Origin: Escherichia phage vB-Eco-KMB22
Sequence record: OR539217.1
Strand: one strand, 5' to 3'
Length of the DNA: 64,000 nt
Part shown: positions 1 to 10,706 of the stretch, in pieces
Numbering within the stretch: the first letter of the stretch is position 1
Layout of the letters: every line of letters starts with the position of its first letter
Position numbers and translations under genes: made by a program
Notes under the pieces: model-generated
Seen by the model: the letters and a program-made list of their open reading frames with translations, nothing else
Told to the model about the DNA's origin: nothing
Database searches by the model: none

Positions 1-1307
1 CAGTAACTCAGATTGGCCCAGCTGTTATGGGTATGGTACGTCGTGCTATTCCTAACCTGATTGCTTTCGATATTTGTGGTGTTCAGCCGATGAACAGCCC
101 AACCGGTCAGGTATTCGCACTCCGCGCGGTATATGGTAAAGATCCGATCGCTGCCGGTGCTAAAGAAGCATTCCACCCAATGTATGGTCCAGATGCAATG
201 TTCTCTGGTCAGGGTGCTGCTAAGAAATTCCCAGCTCTGGCTGCTAGCACAGAAACCACAGTAGGTGATATCTATACTCACTTCTTCCAGGACACTGGTA
301 CTGTGTATCTGCAAGCTTCTGCTCAAGTAACAATTAGTGCAAGCGCAACTGATGCAGATAAATTAGATGCTGAAATTAAGAAACAAATGGAAGCTGGTGC
401 ACTGGTAGAAATCGCTGAAGGTATGGCTACTTCTATCGCTGAACTCCAGGAAGGTTTCAACGGTTCTACCGATAACCCATGGAATGAAATGGGCTTCCGT
501 ATCGATAAACAAGTTATCGAAGCTAAATCTCGCCAGCTGAAAGCTGCTTACTCTATCGAATTAGCACAAGACCTCCGCGCTGTTCACGGTATGGATGCTG
601 ACGCTGAACTGTCTGGTATTCTGGCTACAGAAATTATGCTGGAAATCAACCGTGAAGTTGTTGATTGGATTAACTACTCAGCTCAGGTTGGTAAATCTGG
701 TATGACTCTGACTCCGGGTTCTAAAGCTGGTGTATTTGACTTCCAGGACCCAATCGATATTCGTGGTGCTCGCTGGGCGGGTGAATCCTTTAAAGCTCTG
801 TTGTTCCAGATTGACAAAGAAGCAGTTGAAATTGCTCGTCAAACCGGTCGCGGCGAAGGTAACTTCATTATCGCTTCTCGTAACGTAGTTAACGTACTGG
901 CTTCTGTTGATACTGGCATTTCTTATGCTGCTCAAGGTTTGGCAACCGGTTTTAATACTGATACTACTAAGTCAGTATTTGCAGGTGTTCTGGGTGGTAA
1001 ATACCGTGTATATATCGACCAGTATGCTAAACAGGATTATTTCACTGTAGGTTATAAAGGTCCGAACGAAATGGATGCTGGTATTTACTATGCTCCATAT
1101 GTAGCTCTGACTCCGCTGCGTGGTTCCGATCCGAAGAACTTCCAACCAGTAATGGGATTCAAAACTCGTTACGGTATCGGTATCAACCCATTTGCAGAAT
1201 CCGCTGCTCAGGCTCCGGCTTCTCGCATTCAGAGTGGTATGCCTTCTATCCTGAACAGCCTTGGTAAGAACGCTTACTTCCGCCGTGTATATGTTAAAGG
1301 TATCTAA
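1..1307 (+). CDS. 23: major capsid protein gp23, 5'-truncated by window edge
   Basis: ORF open to window start; translated sequence matches recalled T4 gp23 C-terminal region nearly residue for residue; followed by hairpin terminator and gene 24. Confidence 0.95.
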   Translation, partial: VTQIGPAVMGMVRRAIPNLIAFDICGVQPMNSPTGQVFALRAVYGKDPIAAGAKEAFHPMYGPDAMFSGQGAAKKFPALAASTETTVGDIYTHFFQDTGTVYLQASAQVTISASATDADKLDAEIKKQMEAGALVEIAEGMATSIAELQEGFNGSTDNPWNEMGFRIDKQVIEAKSRQLKAAYSIELAQDLRAVHGMDADAELSGILATEIMLEINREVVDWINYSAQVGKSGMTLTPGSKAGVFDFQDPIDIRGARWAGESFKALLFQIDKEAVEIARQTGRGEGNFIIASRNVVNVLASVDTGISYAAQGLATGFNTDTTKSVFAGVLGGKYRVYIDQYAKQDYFTVGYKGPNEMDAGIYYAPYVALTPLRGSDPKNFQPVMGFKTRYGIGINPFAESAAQAPASRIQSGMPSILNSLGKNAYFRRVYVKGI

Positions 1308-1320
1308 TCTTTGACGATTT

Positions 1321-1350
1321 AAGGGACCTTCGGGTCCCTTTAGTTGTTTT
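1321..1350 (+). terminator. GGGACC-UUCG-GGUCCC hairpin plus U-run after gene 23
   Basis: perfect stem with UUCG loop followed by T-rich run. Confidence 0.8.
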
Positions 1351-1355
1351 TATGG

Positions 1356-1363
1356 TATAAATA
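1356..1363 (+). promoter_or_regulatory. late promoter TATAAATA for gene 24
   Basis: exact TATAAATA 28 nt upstream of ATG. Confidence 0.7.
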
Positions 1364-1390
1364 AATCATATAAACTGAAAGGAAAGCGCA

Positions 1391-2674
1391 ATGGCTAAAA
1401 TCAACGAACTTCTGCGCGAATCAACCACAACGAATAGCAACTCAATCGGTCGCCCAAATCTCGTTGCTTTGACTCGCGCTACCACTAAATTAATATATTC
1501 TGACATTGTAGCAACGCAAAGAACTAATCAACCTGTTGCTGCTTTTTATGGTATCAAATACCTTAACCCAGACAATGAATTTACATTTAAAACTGGTGCT
1601 ACTTACGCTGGCGAAGCTGGATATGTAGACCGAGAACAAATCACAGAATTGACAGAAGAGTCTAAATTAACTCTCAATAAAGGCGATTTATTCAAATATA
1701 ATAATATCGTTTATAAAGTATTAGAAGATACTCCATTTGCTGATATTGAAGAAAGCGATTTAGAATTAGCTCTTCAGATTGCAATTGTTCTTTTAAAGGT
1801 TCGTCTATTTTCTGACGCAGCATCAACAAGCAAATTTGAAAGCTCTGATAGTGAAATTGCGGATGCTAGATTCCAGATTAATAAATGGCAAACCGCCGTT
1901 AAATCTCGTAAACTTAAAACTGGCATCACAGTTGAATTAGCACAAGATTTAGAAGCAAATGGATTCGATGCTCCTAATTTCTTGGAAGATTTGCTTGCAA
2001 CCGAAATGGCGGATGAAATCAATAAAGATATTCTGCAGTCTTTGATTACAGTGTCAAAACGCTATAAAGTTACAGGAATTACTGATAGTGGATTCATCGA
2101 TTTGAGTTATGCATCTGCACCTGAAGCGGGTCGTTCATTATATCGAATGGTATGTGAAATGGTTTCACATATCCAAAAAGAATCAACTTATACAGCAACA
2201 TTTTGTGTAGCTTCAGCTCGTGCTGCTGCGATTCTTGCTGCATCAGGTTGGTTAAAACATAAACCGGAAGATGATAAATATCTTTCACAAAATGCCTACG
2301 GGTTCTTAGCTAATGGTTTACCGCTTTATTGCGATACTAACAGCCCATTAGATTATGTAATCGTTGGCGTAGTAGAAAATATCGGTGAAAAAGAAATTGT
2401 TGGATCAATTTTCTATGCTCCGTATACAGAAGGTCTCGACTTAGATGACCCTGAACATGTAGGTGCATTTAAAGTTGTAGTTGATCCAGAAAGTTTGCAG
2501 CCATCTATCGGTTTATTAGTTAGATATGCTTTATCAGCAAATCCTTACACCGTAGCAAAAGATGAAAAAGAAGCAAGAGTAATTGATGGTGGAGACATGG
2601 ATAAAATGGCGGGTCGTTCAGATTTGTCTGTTTTATTAGGTGTTAAATTACCAAAAATTATTATTGATGAATAA
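1391..2674 (+). CDS. 24: head vertex protein gp24
   Basis: 427 aa, gp23 paralog fold signature, position directly after 23, late promoter TATAAATA upstream. Confidence 0.9.
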   Translation: MAKINELLRESTTTNSNSIGRPNLVALTRATTKLIYSDIVATQRTNQPVAAFYGIKYLNPDNEFTFKTGATYAGEAGYVDREQITELTEESKLTLNKGDLFKYNNIVYKVLEDTPFADIEESDLELALQIAIVLLKVRLFSDAASTSKFESSDSEIADARFQINKWQTAVKSRKLKTGITVELAQDLEANGFDAPNFLEDLLATEMADEINKDILQSLITVSKRYKVTGITDSGFIDLSYASAPEAGRSLYRMVCEMVSHIQKESTYTATFCVASARAAAILAASGWLKHKPEDDKYLSQNAYGFLANGLPLYCDTNSPLDYVIVGVVENIGEKEIVGSIFYAPYTEGLDLDDPEHVGAFKVVVDPESLQPSIGLLVRYALSANPYTVAKDEKEARVIDGGDMDKMAGRSDLSVLLGVKLPKIIIDE

Positions 2675-2677
2675 AAC

Positions 2678-2702
2678 AAAGGGACCTTTCGGTCCCTTTT
2701 TA
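2678..2702. terminator. bidirectional hairpin between gene 24 and rnlB
   Basis: gggacc-tttc-ggtccc flanked by A-run and T-run. Confidence 0.75.
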
Positions 2703-2703
2703 T

Positions 2704-3708
2704 TTAACTTACCAATTCAATCCAAGCCGGACGAAGTACATCTTGTACCATTTTAACTAATTCCTTCTTAATCAAAGAAGGATTATCCGCTTGAGTTAGA
2801 GTAATACCTTCACGAGAAGTTTCTTCCAAAATATCTTGAACAGTTAGTCCCATCACCTTTCCAAAATCTTTAGGACCAATTTCGCCAATTTTAGAAATAA
2901 CGTTATTTACCCGGTTCAGTGTAACGTAACAAGCTAAAATCCCCACCAATTTGTTATCAGCTTCTGACAGTTCAACTTTAGCTTTAATAGGCTTATCAGA
3001 CTTTTTCTTTTCACTAAATTTAGAATTCTTGCATTTGATGGCTACACGATTGCGATTAGGCAGCCAAGAAGGATAACAAGGTTTCAATACATATCCTTCA
3101 GCAGTAAATACTTCGCCTTTGGCTTCAGCTTTCCAAACACATTTGTTAGCGTCAATTAAACCTGCATTATCTACGGTAAAATTATAAGACGGAACAACAG
3201 AATCCAAATCATTTGGAAGTTTAATAAGATCTTCAAATTTACCACGACCCAAAAGTGGAGCGATTTTAAACCCAAATGAATTACAAAACGATTCCATCAT
3301 GTAATCATCAACATAAGTTACATCACCACTTTCGGTAGTGACAATAATGTCAAATACATAAAAATCTTTATCGCCATAATCAACATTCTTCTGAATGCCA
3401 GGTCCAGCGAATTCGCCAAAAACTTGATAAGTCACAACAGCTGAAGTTTCCATAATTTCTTGTACTGCTTTAATGGAATCAGCGTAATTCTTTAAAATAA
3501 TTTCATACCCAAAGAAATCTTCAGCAGGAAGAATCGGTCCAGTACGTTTAGCGCAAGTTACTTTATCACGCTCAATAATCAATGAGAAATTTGTGCCGTG
3601 AATCTTTTCACGAGCTACCCATTCGCCGCCAGTCAATCCCAAGCTATAAAGTTTTTCAATAAATTTAGAGTTGTAATGATTTTCAAGACTGCTATACTTT
3701 TTAAACAT
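2704..3708 (-). CDS. rnlB: RNA ligase 2
   Basis: 334 aa; N-terminal KIHG nucleotidyltransferase lysine motif ([10 protein letters not shown]); position after gene 24 as in T4. Confidence 0.9.
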   Translation of the reverse strand: MFKKYSSLENHYNSKFIEKLYSLGLTGGEWVAREKIHGTNFSLIIERDKVTCAKRTGPILPAEDFFGYEIILKNYADSIKAVQEIMETSAVVTYQVFGEFAGPGIQKNVDYGDKDFYVFDIIVTTESGDVTYVDDYMMESFCNSFGFKIAPLLGRGKFEDLIKLPNDLDSVVPSYNFTVDNAGLIDANKCVWKAEAKGEVFTAEGYVLKPCYPSWLPNRNRVAIKCKNSKFSEKKKSDKPIKAKVELSEADNKLVGILACYVTLNRVNNVISKIGEIGPKDFGKVMGLTVQDILEETSREGITLTQADNPSLIKKELVKMVQDVLRPAWIELVS

Positions 3709-3717
3709 AATTAATCC

Positions 3718-3996
3718 TCAAAATGTAATTTCTAACCAATCACCATCACGCTGATCACTATTAACTTTAAAGCTGAATCCTTCTTTTCTCAGCCAATCAC
3801 CAATTTCTTCAGTAATCAATTTATCGCGAGCAGTACAATAATAACTAAAATATGTTTTACCTTGTTCAGCTGCTTTATTAGCAAGTTCTGAAAAATCTTT
3901 AATAAAACACTCTAGCTTAAACTGTTTACTTTTTAATGCTTTTTCACGTAATTGATTAGCAAAAGATTCATTTTCATAAAGATCATACTGTTCCAT
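3718..3996 (-). CDS. hypothetical protein (T4 24.2-position)
   Basis: 92-aa ORF, compact arrangement between rnlB and hoc. Confidence 0.6.
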   Translation of the reverse strand: MEQYDLYENESFANQLREKALKSKQFKLECFIKDFSELANKAAEQGKTYFSYYCTARDKLITEEIGDWLRKEGFSFKVNSDQRDGDWLEITF

Positions 3997-4198
3997 TTTT
4001 CACCTTTTTATTAATATGTCTTTTTCTATAGACAACTTTTTCTCGAGTTTCAAATCTATTCTTAGCAGTCATAGCTCGAGCCCATAATACAGCCACTTCT
4101 TTTGCCTGTAAGTTCAATTCACGAGCAATTTCAATGAATGACTTTCCAGACTCATGAAGCGTAAACACCACAACCTCAGTTCTCATAATCAATCTCAT
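3983..4198 (-). CDS. hypothetical small protein (T4 24.3-position); start codon uncertain
   Basis: 71-aa ORF, no clear SD at first ATG. Confidence 0.45.
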   Translation of the reverse strand: MRLIMRTEVVVFTLHESGKSFIEIARELNLQAKEVAVLWARAMTAKNRFETREKVVYRKRHINKKVKNGTV

Positions 4199-4287
4199 GT
4201 TATCGAGTTGGTGCCATTATATACATCATTTTCTGATTGTGTTTTGTGTGCTTTCAAAATGAAGAAAGGGGCCGAAGCCCCTTATGA

Positions 4288-5418
4288 TTATGGATAGGTA
4301 TAGATGATACCAGTTTCTAAAGCAGTTTTATGAATGATGTATCCATTACGTGATTCTTGAACATCAACTTCTGGATAGTCTTTCATCATCTTCTGAAGAG
4401 TATAACGATGCAGATAGTATTTACTATCTGGGTCTTCAGTTTTCCAATCTTTACCTTCTTCGGTCATTTTTTGGATTTCATCCATAACCCACCAACCGCA
4501 CCAGATGTAAGCTGAAGTACGATGTGGAAGAGGATGAACATAAGGCAATTCACCTTCTGGTTCTGGAGCAACTTTATCAGTTACCTGAACTTGACCTTCT
4601 GCTGTAATAGTTTTGCTATCATAATCAGCAGCAGTAACAGTTGCAGTAACTTCAATAGTTTGACTTCCAATAGATGAGGTATCAACGGTATATACATTAG
4701 TTGACCCTTCTACAGGAGAAGAATCTTTCTTCCATGAGTATTCGATTTGTGCTTCTTCTGGAGCATCAGTGACATTAGCAGTAAATGTAGCCAAAGCATC
4801 TTGTTGAACGTCAATAGAAGGAGGAGTCAATGTAACCTGTGGATTCATTGTCTTCTTATTAACCGTTAATGATACTTCATTCGAAGTAACTTCCTTTGCA
4901 TCATAATCTGCCGCGGTTACTTGAGCCACACACTTAATTGTTTTAACTCCGCTTGCGGTAGGAGTGTAATTGAATGTAGCAGAAGTTGCTTCGCCCACAG
5001 GAGAATCATCTACATACCATTGATAAGTAGCGTTTGCGCCTGATGGCTGCGAAGCTAAAGTAGCGGTAAATTCAACAGCTGTTCCGATTACTCCAGCCGC
5101 AGGACTATCAGGAGTTACTGCCAAGGTAGTCGTCTGAGTCTTGTTTTTGACTGTGATAGTTGTACTAATTTCAGCTGTTTCAGCTTCAGAATCAGGAATA
5201 GTATTTGTTGCAACTACCTTAATAGTCTTTTGACCGGCAGGTCCTTTTAATACATAATCAAAAGTTGCGGCTGATCCTTCTTGGGGAGCATTATTTACAC
5301 TCCATGCATAGGTAATAGTTCCACCTTCAGCCTGACCACTAGGTGCAGCAGTAAACTGTTTGGTTTCATCAATAACCCCTGTTGGTGTTTTAGGAGTTAT
5401 ATCAACTGTAAAAGCCAT
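4288..5418 (-). CDS. hoc: highly immunogenic outer capsid protein Hoc
   Basis: 376 aa, Thr/Ser-rich Ig-like repeats, conserved C-terminal capsid-binding region, position. Confidence 0.9.
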   Translation of the reverse strand: MAFTVDITPKTPTGVIDETKQFTAAPSGQAEGGTITYAWSVNNAPQEGSAATFDYVLKGPAGQKTIKVVATNTIPDSEAETAEISTTITVKNKTQTTTLAVTPDSPAAGVIGTAVEFTATLASQPSGANATYQWYVDDSPVGEATSATFNYTPTASGVKTIKCVAQVTAADYDAKEVTSNEVSLTVNKKTMNPQVTLTPPSIDVQQDALATFTANVTDAPEEAQIEYSWKKDSSPVEGSTNVYTVDTSSIGSQTIEVTATVTAADYDSKTITAEGQVQVTDKVAPEPEGELPYVHPLPHRTSAYIWCGWWVMDEIQKMTEEGKDWKTEDPDSKYYLHRYTLQKMMKDYPEVDVQESRNGYIIHKTALETGIIYTYP

Positions 5419-5427
5419 AAGTTATCC

Positions 5428-6108
5428 TTATTTTAATGTTACGAAAGAAGAATTGCGTGTTTCACGAATTAGAACTGATCCGTCGCGATTAATGTAATAA
5501 ATTAAGCTAAATAAAGTTTGGTGCGCCGACGCGTGTTCAAAACTAGTTGGGTGAGATTTCCAATCCGGAGTTTCAGCAATCCACTGGTAAATCCACCAAG
5601 GAACGGTGCAGAATCCTGGATTTTTTCCAATCAGCTGAAGATTCGGACTAAAGTTTTCCGGAAGAGTAAATACAGACAGCTTTTCAGATTCAATAATCTC
5701 AGCTACAGCCTGCTCGAATTTTTCTTCAACAAAAGGAGTATCTTCAATCAAAACATCGGTATTTTCAGGAATTTTATCCGTTTCTACTACTTCAATTTTA
5801 ATGTCAGATTTAACCGGAGAATCAATCAGAAGTGCTGCCTCTGGATTGACTTCTTCATCGTCATATTTTAATCCGTCTGCAGCATCAGCAGCATCAATTA
5901 AGTCTTTAATAGATAACCCATCAGTCTCTGGCATAGGTTCACTAGCGAGCTTCTGGAGGGCTTCTTCAATATCATTAACGATATTATCAAAAGATTTATT
6001 CTTTTTGACTTTTATACCAAACTGTTCAGCATATTCAGCTAATTTAGCTTTAGCTTCTTTATTATCATCAAGAGCCTTCAGCTCTGCAATATAATCTTTA
6101 TCTATCAT
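5428..6108 (-). CDS. inh: Inh, inhibitor of prohead protease
   Basis: 226-aa acidic protein directly downstream of hoc on same strand, as in T4. Confidence 0.75.
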   Translation of the reverse strand: MIDKDYIAELKALDDNKEAKAKLAEYAEQFGIKVKKNKSFDNIVNDIEEALQKLASEPMPETDGLSIKDLIDAADAADGLKYDDEEVNPEAALLIDSPVKSDIKIEVVETDKIPENTDVLIEDTPFVEEKFEQAVAEIIESEKLSVFTLPENFSPNLQLIGKNPGFCTVPWWIYQWIAETPDWKSHPTSFEHASAHQTLFSLIYYINRDGSVLIRETRNSSFVTLK

Positions 6109-6121
6109 AATATTTCCTCAG

Positions 6122-6129
6122 TATAAATA
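6122..6129 (+). promoter_or_regulatory. late promoter TATAAATA upstream of uvsW
   Basis: exact TATAAATA. Confidence 0.6.
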
Positions 6130-6158
6130 TAGATATATTTATTACATGGTATTTAGAC

Positions 6159-7670
6159 ATGACTGACATTAAAGTACATTTTTATGATTTTAGTCACGTG
6201 AGAATTGATTGTGAAGAAAGTACATTTCATGAACTCCGTGATTTCTTTAGCTTTGAAGCTGATGGATATCGTTTTAATCCGAAATACAAATATGGTCACT
6301 GGGATGGACGAATCCGTCTTTTAGATTATAATCGCCTTCTTCCATTCGGCTTGGTCGGGCAAATTAAAAAGTTCTGCGATAACTTTGGCTATAAATCCTG
6401 GATTGACCCACAGATTAACGAAAAAGAAGAATTATCAAGAAAAGATTTTGATGAATGGCTTTCTAAATTAGAAATCTATTCAGGAAATAAAAGAATTGAA
6501 CCGCACTGGTATCAAAAAGATGCAGTGTTCGAAGGATTAGTTAATCGTCGTAGAATTCTTAATCTTCCAACATCTGCAGGTAAATCTTTAATTCAAGCTT
6601 TGCTTGCTCGATATTATTTGGAAAATTATGAAGGTAAAATTCTTATCATTGTTCCAACGACTGCTCTGACAACTCAGATGGCTGATGACTTTGTTGACTA
6701 TCGTTTATTCAGTCATGCAATGATAAAGAAAATCGGTGGTGGAGCATCAAAAGATGATAAATATAAAAATGATGCGCCAGTCGTTGTTGGTACATGGCAA
6801 ACTGTAGTAAAACAGCCGAAAGAATGGTTCTCACAGTTTGGAATGATGATGAATGATGAATGCCATCTTGCTACAGGAAAAAGTATTTCATCTATCATAT
6901 CAGGTTTAAATAACTGCATGTTCAAATTCGGTTTGTCTGGTTCATTACGCGATGGCAAAGCCAATATCATGCAGTATGTTGGAATGTTCGGTGAAATATT
7001 TAAGCCAGTAACGACCTCTAAATTAATGGAAGATGGACAAGTAACTGAGTTAAAAATTAATAGTATTTTTCTTCGCTATCCCGATGAGTTCACTACTAAA
7101 TTAAAGGGAAAAACTTACCAAGAAGAAATAAAAATTATTACTGGGCTCAGTAAAAGAAATAAATGGATCGCTAAATTAGCTATTAAGCTTGCGCAAAAAG
7201 ATGAAAACGCTTTTGTCATGTTTAAACACGTATCACACGGTAAAGCTATTTTCGATTTAATTAAAAATGAATACGATAAAGTTTATTACGTATCAGGGGA
7301 AGTTGATACCGAAACACGCAATATAATGAAAACCTTAGCTGAAAACGGTAAAGGAATAATTATAGTAGCTAGTTATGGTGTATTTTCTACTGGTATTTCA
7401 GTTAAAAATCTGCATCACGTTGTTTTAGCACACGGTGTTAAATCTAAAATTATTGTATTGCAAACAATAGGTCGCGTATTACGTAAGCATGGTTCTAAAA
7501 CAATCGCAACAGTCTGGGACCTCATAGATGATTGCGGTGTTAAGCCAAAATCTGCTAATACGAAAAAGAAATACGTTCATTTGAACTATCTTTTAAAACA
7601 TGGCATTGATCGTATTCAGCGCTACGCAGATGAAAAATTTAATTACGTAATGAAAACAGTTAATTTATAA
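6159..7670 (+). CDS. uvsW: UvsW ATP-dependent DNA/RNA helicase
   Basis: 503 aa; SF2 helicase motifs (GKS Walker A, DECH box); late promoter upstream. Confidence 0.9.
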   Translation: MTDIKVHFYDFSHVRIDCEESTFHELRDFFSFEADGYRFNPKYKYGHWDGRIRLLDYNRLLPFGLVGQIKKFCDNFGYKSWIDPQINEKEELSRKDFDEWLSKLEIYSGNKRIEPHWYQKDAVFEGLVNRRRILNLPTSAGKSLIQALLARYYLENYEGKILIIVPTTALTTQMADDFVDYRLFSHAMIKKIGGGASKDDKYKNDAPVVVGTWQTVVKQPKEWFSQFGMMMNDECHLATGKSISSIISGLNNCMFKFGLSGSLRDGKANIMQYVGMFGEIFKPVTTSKLMEDGQVTELKINSIFLRYPDEFTTKLKGKTYQEEIKIITGLSKRNKWIAKLAIKLAQKDENAFVMFKHVSHGKAIFDLIKNEYDKVYYVSGEVDTETRNIMKTLAENGKGIIIVASYGVFSTGISVKNLHHVVLAHGVKSKIIVLQTIGRVLRKHGSKTIATVWDLIDDCGVKPKSANTKKKYVHLNYLLKHGIDRIQRYADEKFNYVMKTVNL

Positions 7671-7695
7671 GGGCTTCGGCCCTTTGGAGAAAAAG

Positions 7696-7926
7696 ATGTT
7701 ACTAGAATTTAAACAATTTCTTTATGAAGCTTCTATTGATGAATTTATGGGTAAAATTGCCTCTTGTCAAACGATAGAAGGTCTAGAAGAACTTGAAGCT
7801 TATTATAAGAAAAGAGTTAAAGAAACTGAATTAAAAGATACTGATGACATCTCTGTGAGAGATGCTTTGGCAGGAAAAAGAGCTGAATTAGAAGATTCAG
7901 ACGATGAAGTAGAAGAAAGCTTTTAA
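7696..7926 (+). CDS. uvsW.1: UvsW.1 small acidic protein
   Basis: 76 aa from internal ATG preceded by GGAGAAAAAG SD; ORF-track start at 7684 lacks SD. Confidence 0.7.
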   Translation: MLLEFKQFLYEASIDEFMGKIASCQTIEGLEELEAYYKKRVKETELKDTDDISVRDALAGKRAELEDSDDEVEESF

Positions 7927-7981
7927 ATTAAAAAAGGCCCAACCAAAAAGGAAGGGCCAAAACTATAGACTAAAGGTCACA

Positions 7982-8149
7982 CTATAGCAAAAGTTGTGTT
8001 TCATTTAATTGTTCTTCCGAACTTTCTGAAACTGGTAGTTCTTTAATGTAATTATAGCAAGGCCCAGGATGTACAGGACCTTTGTCTGTTTCAACAACCA
8101 ATGCAGAATCGATTGGAGTTTTACAGACAACGCAAATCTTATCTGACAT
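7982..8149 (-). CDS. small Cys-containing protein (uvsY.-2 position)
   Basis: 55-codon ORF translated by hand (MSDKICVVCKTPIDS...), below ORF-track length cutoff. Confidence 0.5.
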   Translation of the reverse strand: MSDKICVVCKTPIDSALVVETDKGPVHPGPCYNYIKELPVSESSEEQLNETQLLL

Positions 8150-8177
8150 GATTGTCTCCTCTAAATTATATATCTAT

Positions 8178-8402
8178 TTATATAACTCTCATATGCATAT
8201 CAATGCCCATATCTTTAGAATAAAAATATTCATCAAGATATCCGGCAAATTTTCCTTTAATATAAAGGACATCTTCACCACACGGGTGGTCGGCCAGGAT
8301 ACGAATATCCTGACGCTTAAGATTATACTTTTTCATTAAGAATTGAATCTCAGTTTCAAATTCTTCTTCATAATTAAAAGCATCATCAATGCTATATCTC
8401 AT
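8178..8402 (-). CDS. hypothetical protein (uvsY.-1 position)
   Basis: 74-aa ORF, start overlaps uvsY stop. Confidence 0.6.
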   Translation of the reverse strand: MRYSIDDAFNYEEEFETEIQFLMKKYNLKRQDIRILADHPCGEDVLYIKGKFAGYLDEYFYSKDMGIDMHMRVI

Positions 8403-8815
8403 TATTTTCCAGCCTCAAATGCTCGCATGTCTTGAATATGCTTAATAGCAAATCCACGTGATTTAATAGCATCAAGAGCTCCGCTACAGAAATCCAATAA
8501 AATTCCCCAATATTGCAATGAAGTATCAACTTTTAAAACATCCTTATCAGCTGATAGAACTGTCTTCATTTCTGATTTCTCATAACGGTCCATACTAAAT
8601 TCATCACCATCTCCTCGTCCCGAGTAGTAGTCTAATTTAGCTTTAAGAGCAACTTTTTTCTGTGCATCAATTCTAAGCATTTCCTTTTTAATACTTGAAT
8701 GCTTATTAAGCCATTTACTATATAACATCACATTATTAGCTGCTTCATACTGTAATTTAGTCGAATCTATAAACACATCTTTCTTCAATTCTTCTTGAAG
8801 ATCTTCTAATTTCAT
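8402..8815 (-). CDS. uvsY: UvsY recombination mediator
   Basis: 137 aa, matches recalled T4 UvsY length/sequence and position next to gene 25. Confidence 0.9.
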   Translation of the reverse strand: MKLEDLQEELKKDVFIDSTKLQYEAANNVMLYSKWLNKHSSIKKEMLRIDAQKKVALKAKLDYYSGRGDGDEFSMDRYEKSEMKTVLSADKDVLKVDTSLQYWGILLDFCSGALDAIKSRGFAIKHIQDMRAFEAGK

Positions 8816-8881
8816 ATTGTTCTCTATTCAATTGTTATTGGATGGACTTAGATTCATTATACCACGTTTATACGTGAAGCA

Positions 8882-9280
8882 TTATACTCTGTTACTGGAA
8901 GCCAGTTGTAGTTTTATCTGCTCAATATCATCAGGGTTATCGATGACTGAAAAGCGTATTTCTACTATCAGAGTATAATCATCATAAACTGGTATTACAT
9001 TAACTGCTAATTTATCAATACGTGGCTCGTAGTTTCTTACTGCGCTTTCAATGTTACGCTCAACAGTATCAGCAGTAAGAGGAGTCATATTCTCAAAAAG
9101 CTGATCAGATAAATCGCATCCAAACTCTGGGTCAAATGGCCTTGACCCTTTCCTGGTTGTAATAATTCCTAAAAGGCTATTTTTAATTGACCTTAATCCA
9201 AGAGATCTGGAAACGTCTTTGTCCCAATCCATTTTCATTTCTGGGTCAATGTCAGAATAAAGCTTATTAATATTTGCCAT
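8882..9280 (-). CDS. 25: baseplate wedge protein gp25
   Basis: 132 aa, gpW/gp25 family, position. Confidence 0.9.
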   Translation of the reverse strand: MANINKLYSDIDPEMKMDWDKDVSRSLGLRSIKNSLLGIITTRKGSRPFDPEFGCDLSDQLFENMTPLTADTVERNIESAVRNYEPRIDKLAVNVIPVYDDYTLIVEIRFSVIDNPDDIEQIKLQLASSNRV

Positions 9281-9906
9281 TACAATAGCTCAAAGAATTC
9301 TTTGAGTCCTCTTATTACATGAGCGTGAGTTTTTCCACACTCTGGACACTTAATTGGAACAGCCAAATAAACAGTAGGCTTTAAAAGCATATCTTTTATA
9401 GCTACAATATCTGACTCTGTGATGATAGAATATAAATCTTCCAACTCTTTTTCATTTAAGTCTTCAATTGGAATGCTTTCACCGTTAGCATGAATCGTTT
9501 CTATACATGATACTATCATGTGGGCTATATTTTTATCATCAAAAATTTTAGGGTAATGGAACTTAATTTTAATGTCACCCAGTGTATACCAGAGGTCTTC
9601 TGGTGCATCTATTTGTGTATGTAATAGATTTATATGGGTTGGTATTTCAGTTCCACAGGTGCACTTCCAGGAGTTTTCGTGATTAACTTCTCCAAGAGAA
9701 TGCGCCCATAAATGAATCAACAGTAGTTCTGATTCTTGGCGGTTTAAATCTTTTGCATTTGTACAGTCTTTGATTAGCTTTTTAACGATCTCTTCTACTG
9801 AACCGTTCTTTTTAGCAGTAATAAGCTCTAGATATTCTTTAAGAGTAAATGCGCGACAGTTGATTATTTTAGAACCAACTCTCACATCAAATTTGTATTC
9901 ATACAT
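9280..9906 (-). CDS. 26: baseplate hub protein gp26
   Basis: 208 aa, position between 25 and 51; divergent late promoters in 9928-9939. Confidence 0.85.
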   Translation of the reverse strand: MYEYKFDVRVGSKIINCRAFTLKEYLELITAKKNGSVEEIVKKLIKDCTNAKDLNRQESELLLIHLWAHSLGEVNHENSWKCTCGTEIPTHINLLHTQIDAPEDLWYTLGDIKIKFHYPKIFDDKNIAHMIVSCIETIHANGESIPIEDLNEKELEDLYSIITESDIVAIKDMLLKPTVYLAVPIKCPECGKTHAHVIRGLKEFFELL

Positions 9907-9927
9907 ATTTAGCTCCTTTATTTATCA

Positions 9928-9939
9928 TATTTATAAATA
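9928..9939. promoter_or_regulatory. overlapping divergent late promoters for 26/25 (-) and 51 (+)
   Basis: tatttataaata contains TATAAATA on both strands. Confidence 0.65.
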
Positions 9940-9956
9940 GAATAAAAGGAGCATCT

Positions 9957-10706
9957 ATGGCAAACATTATTCGTTGTAAATTACCAGATGGTGTTCATCG
10001 TTTTAAACCATTTACGGTAGAAGATTATCGAGATTTTTTGTTAGTTCGAAACGATATAGAACATCGGTCACCACAAGAACAAAAAGAAATAATTGCTGAT
10101 TTAATTGCCGATTATTTTGGAGACTATCCGAAGACTTGGCAACCATTTATATTTTTGCAGGTATTTGTAGGGTCAATAGGTAAAACTAAAGTACCGGTCA
10201 CATTTGTATGTCCAAAATGTAAAAAAGAAAAGACGGTTCCATTTGAAATATATCAAAAAGAATTAAAGGAACCTGTTTTTGATGTAGCTAATGTTAAAAT
10301 TAAATTAAAGTTTCCTTCTGAGTTTTACGAAAATAAAGCAAAGATGATTACTGAAAATATTCATTCTGTTCAAGTAGATGAAATATGGTATGATTGGAAG
10401 GAAATTAGTGAATCAAGTCAAATAGAACTTGTTGATGCCATCGAGATAGAAACATTAGAAAAAATTCTCGATGCAATGAATCCTATTAATTTAACATTGC
10501 ATATGTCATGTTGTAATAAGTATGTAAAAAAATACACTGATATAGTAGATGTGTTTAAGCTATTAGTTAACCCAGATGAAATATTTACTTTTTATCAAAT
10601 CAATCACACGCTCGTAAAAAGTAATTATAGCTTAAATTCAATAATGAAAATGATTCCTGCTGAGCGCGGATTCGTATTAAAACTGATTGAGAAGGATAAA
10701 CAATAA
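9957..10706 (+). CDS. 51: baseplate hub assembly catalyst gp51
   Basis: 249 aa, position, late promoter TATAAATA at 9932-9939. Confidence 0.85.
   Translation: MANIIRCKLPDGVHRFKPFTVEDYRDFLLVRNDIEHRSPQEQKEIIADLIADYFGDYPKTWQPFIFLQVFVGSIGKTKVPVTFVCPKCKKEKTVPFEIYQKELKEPVFDVANVKIKLKFPSEFYENKAKMITENIHSVQVDEIWYDWKEISESSQIELVDAIEIETLEKILDAMNPINLTLHMSCCNKYVKKYTDIVDVFKLLVNPDEIFTFYQINHTLVKSNYSLNSIMKMIPAERGFVLKLIEKDKQ

Noticed and set aside
678-935. ORF-track reading frames antisense to or nested inside strongly supported genes (for example 678-935, 1774-2022, 5518-5871, 5801-6094, 20023-20232, 46860-47102, 52757-53230, 63326-63624)
   Set aside because: They overlap long conserved CDSs on the opposite strand or in another frame, lack SD sequences, and have low-complexity composition typical of spurious frames in AT-rich phage DNA
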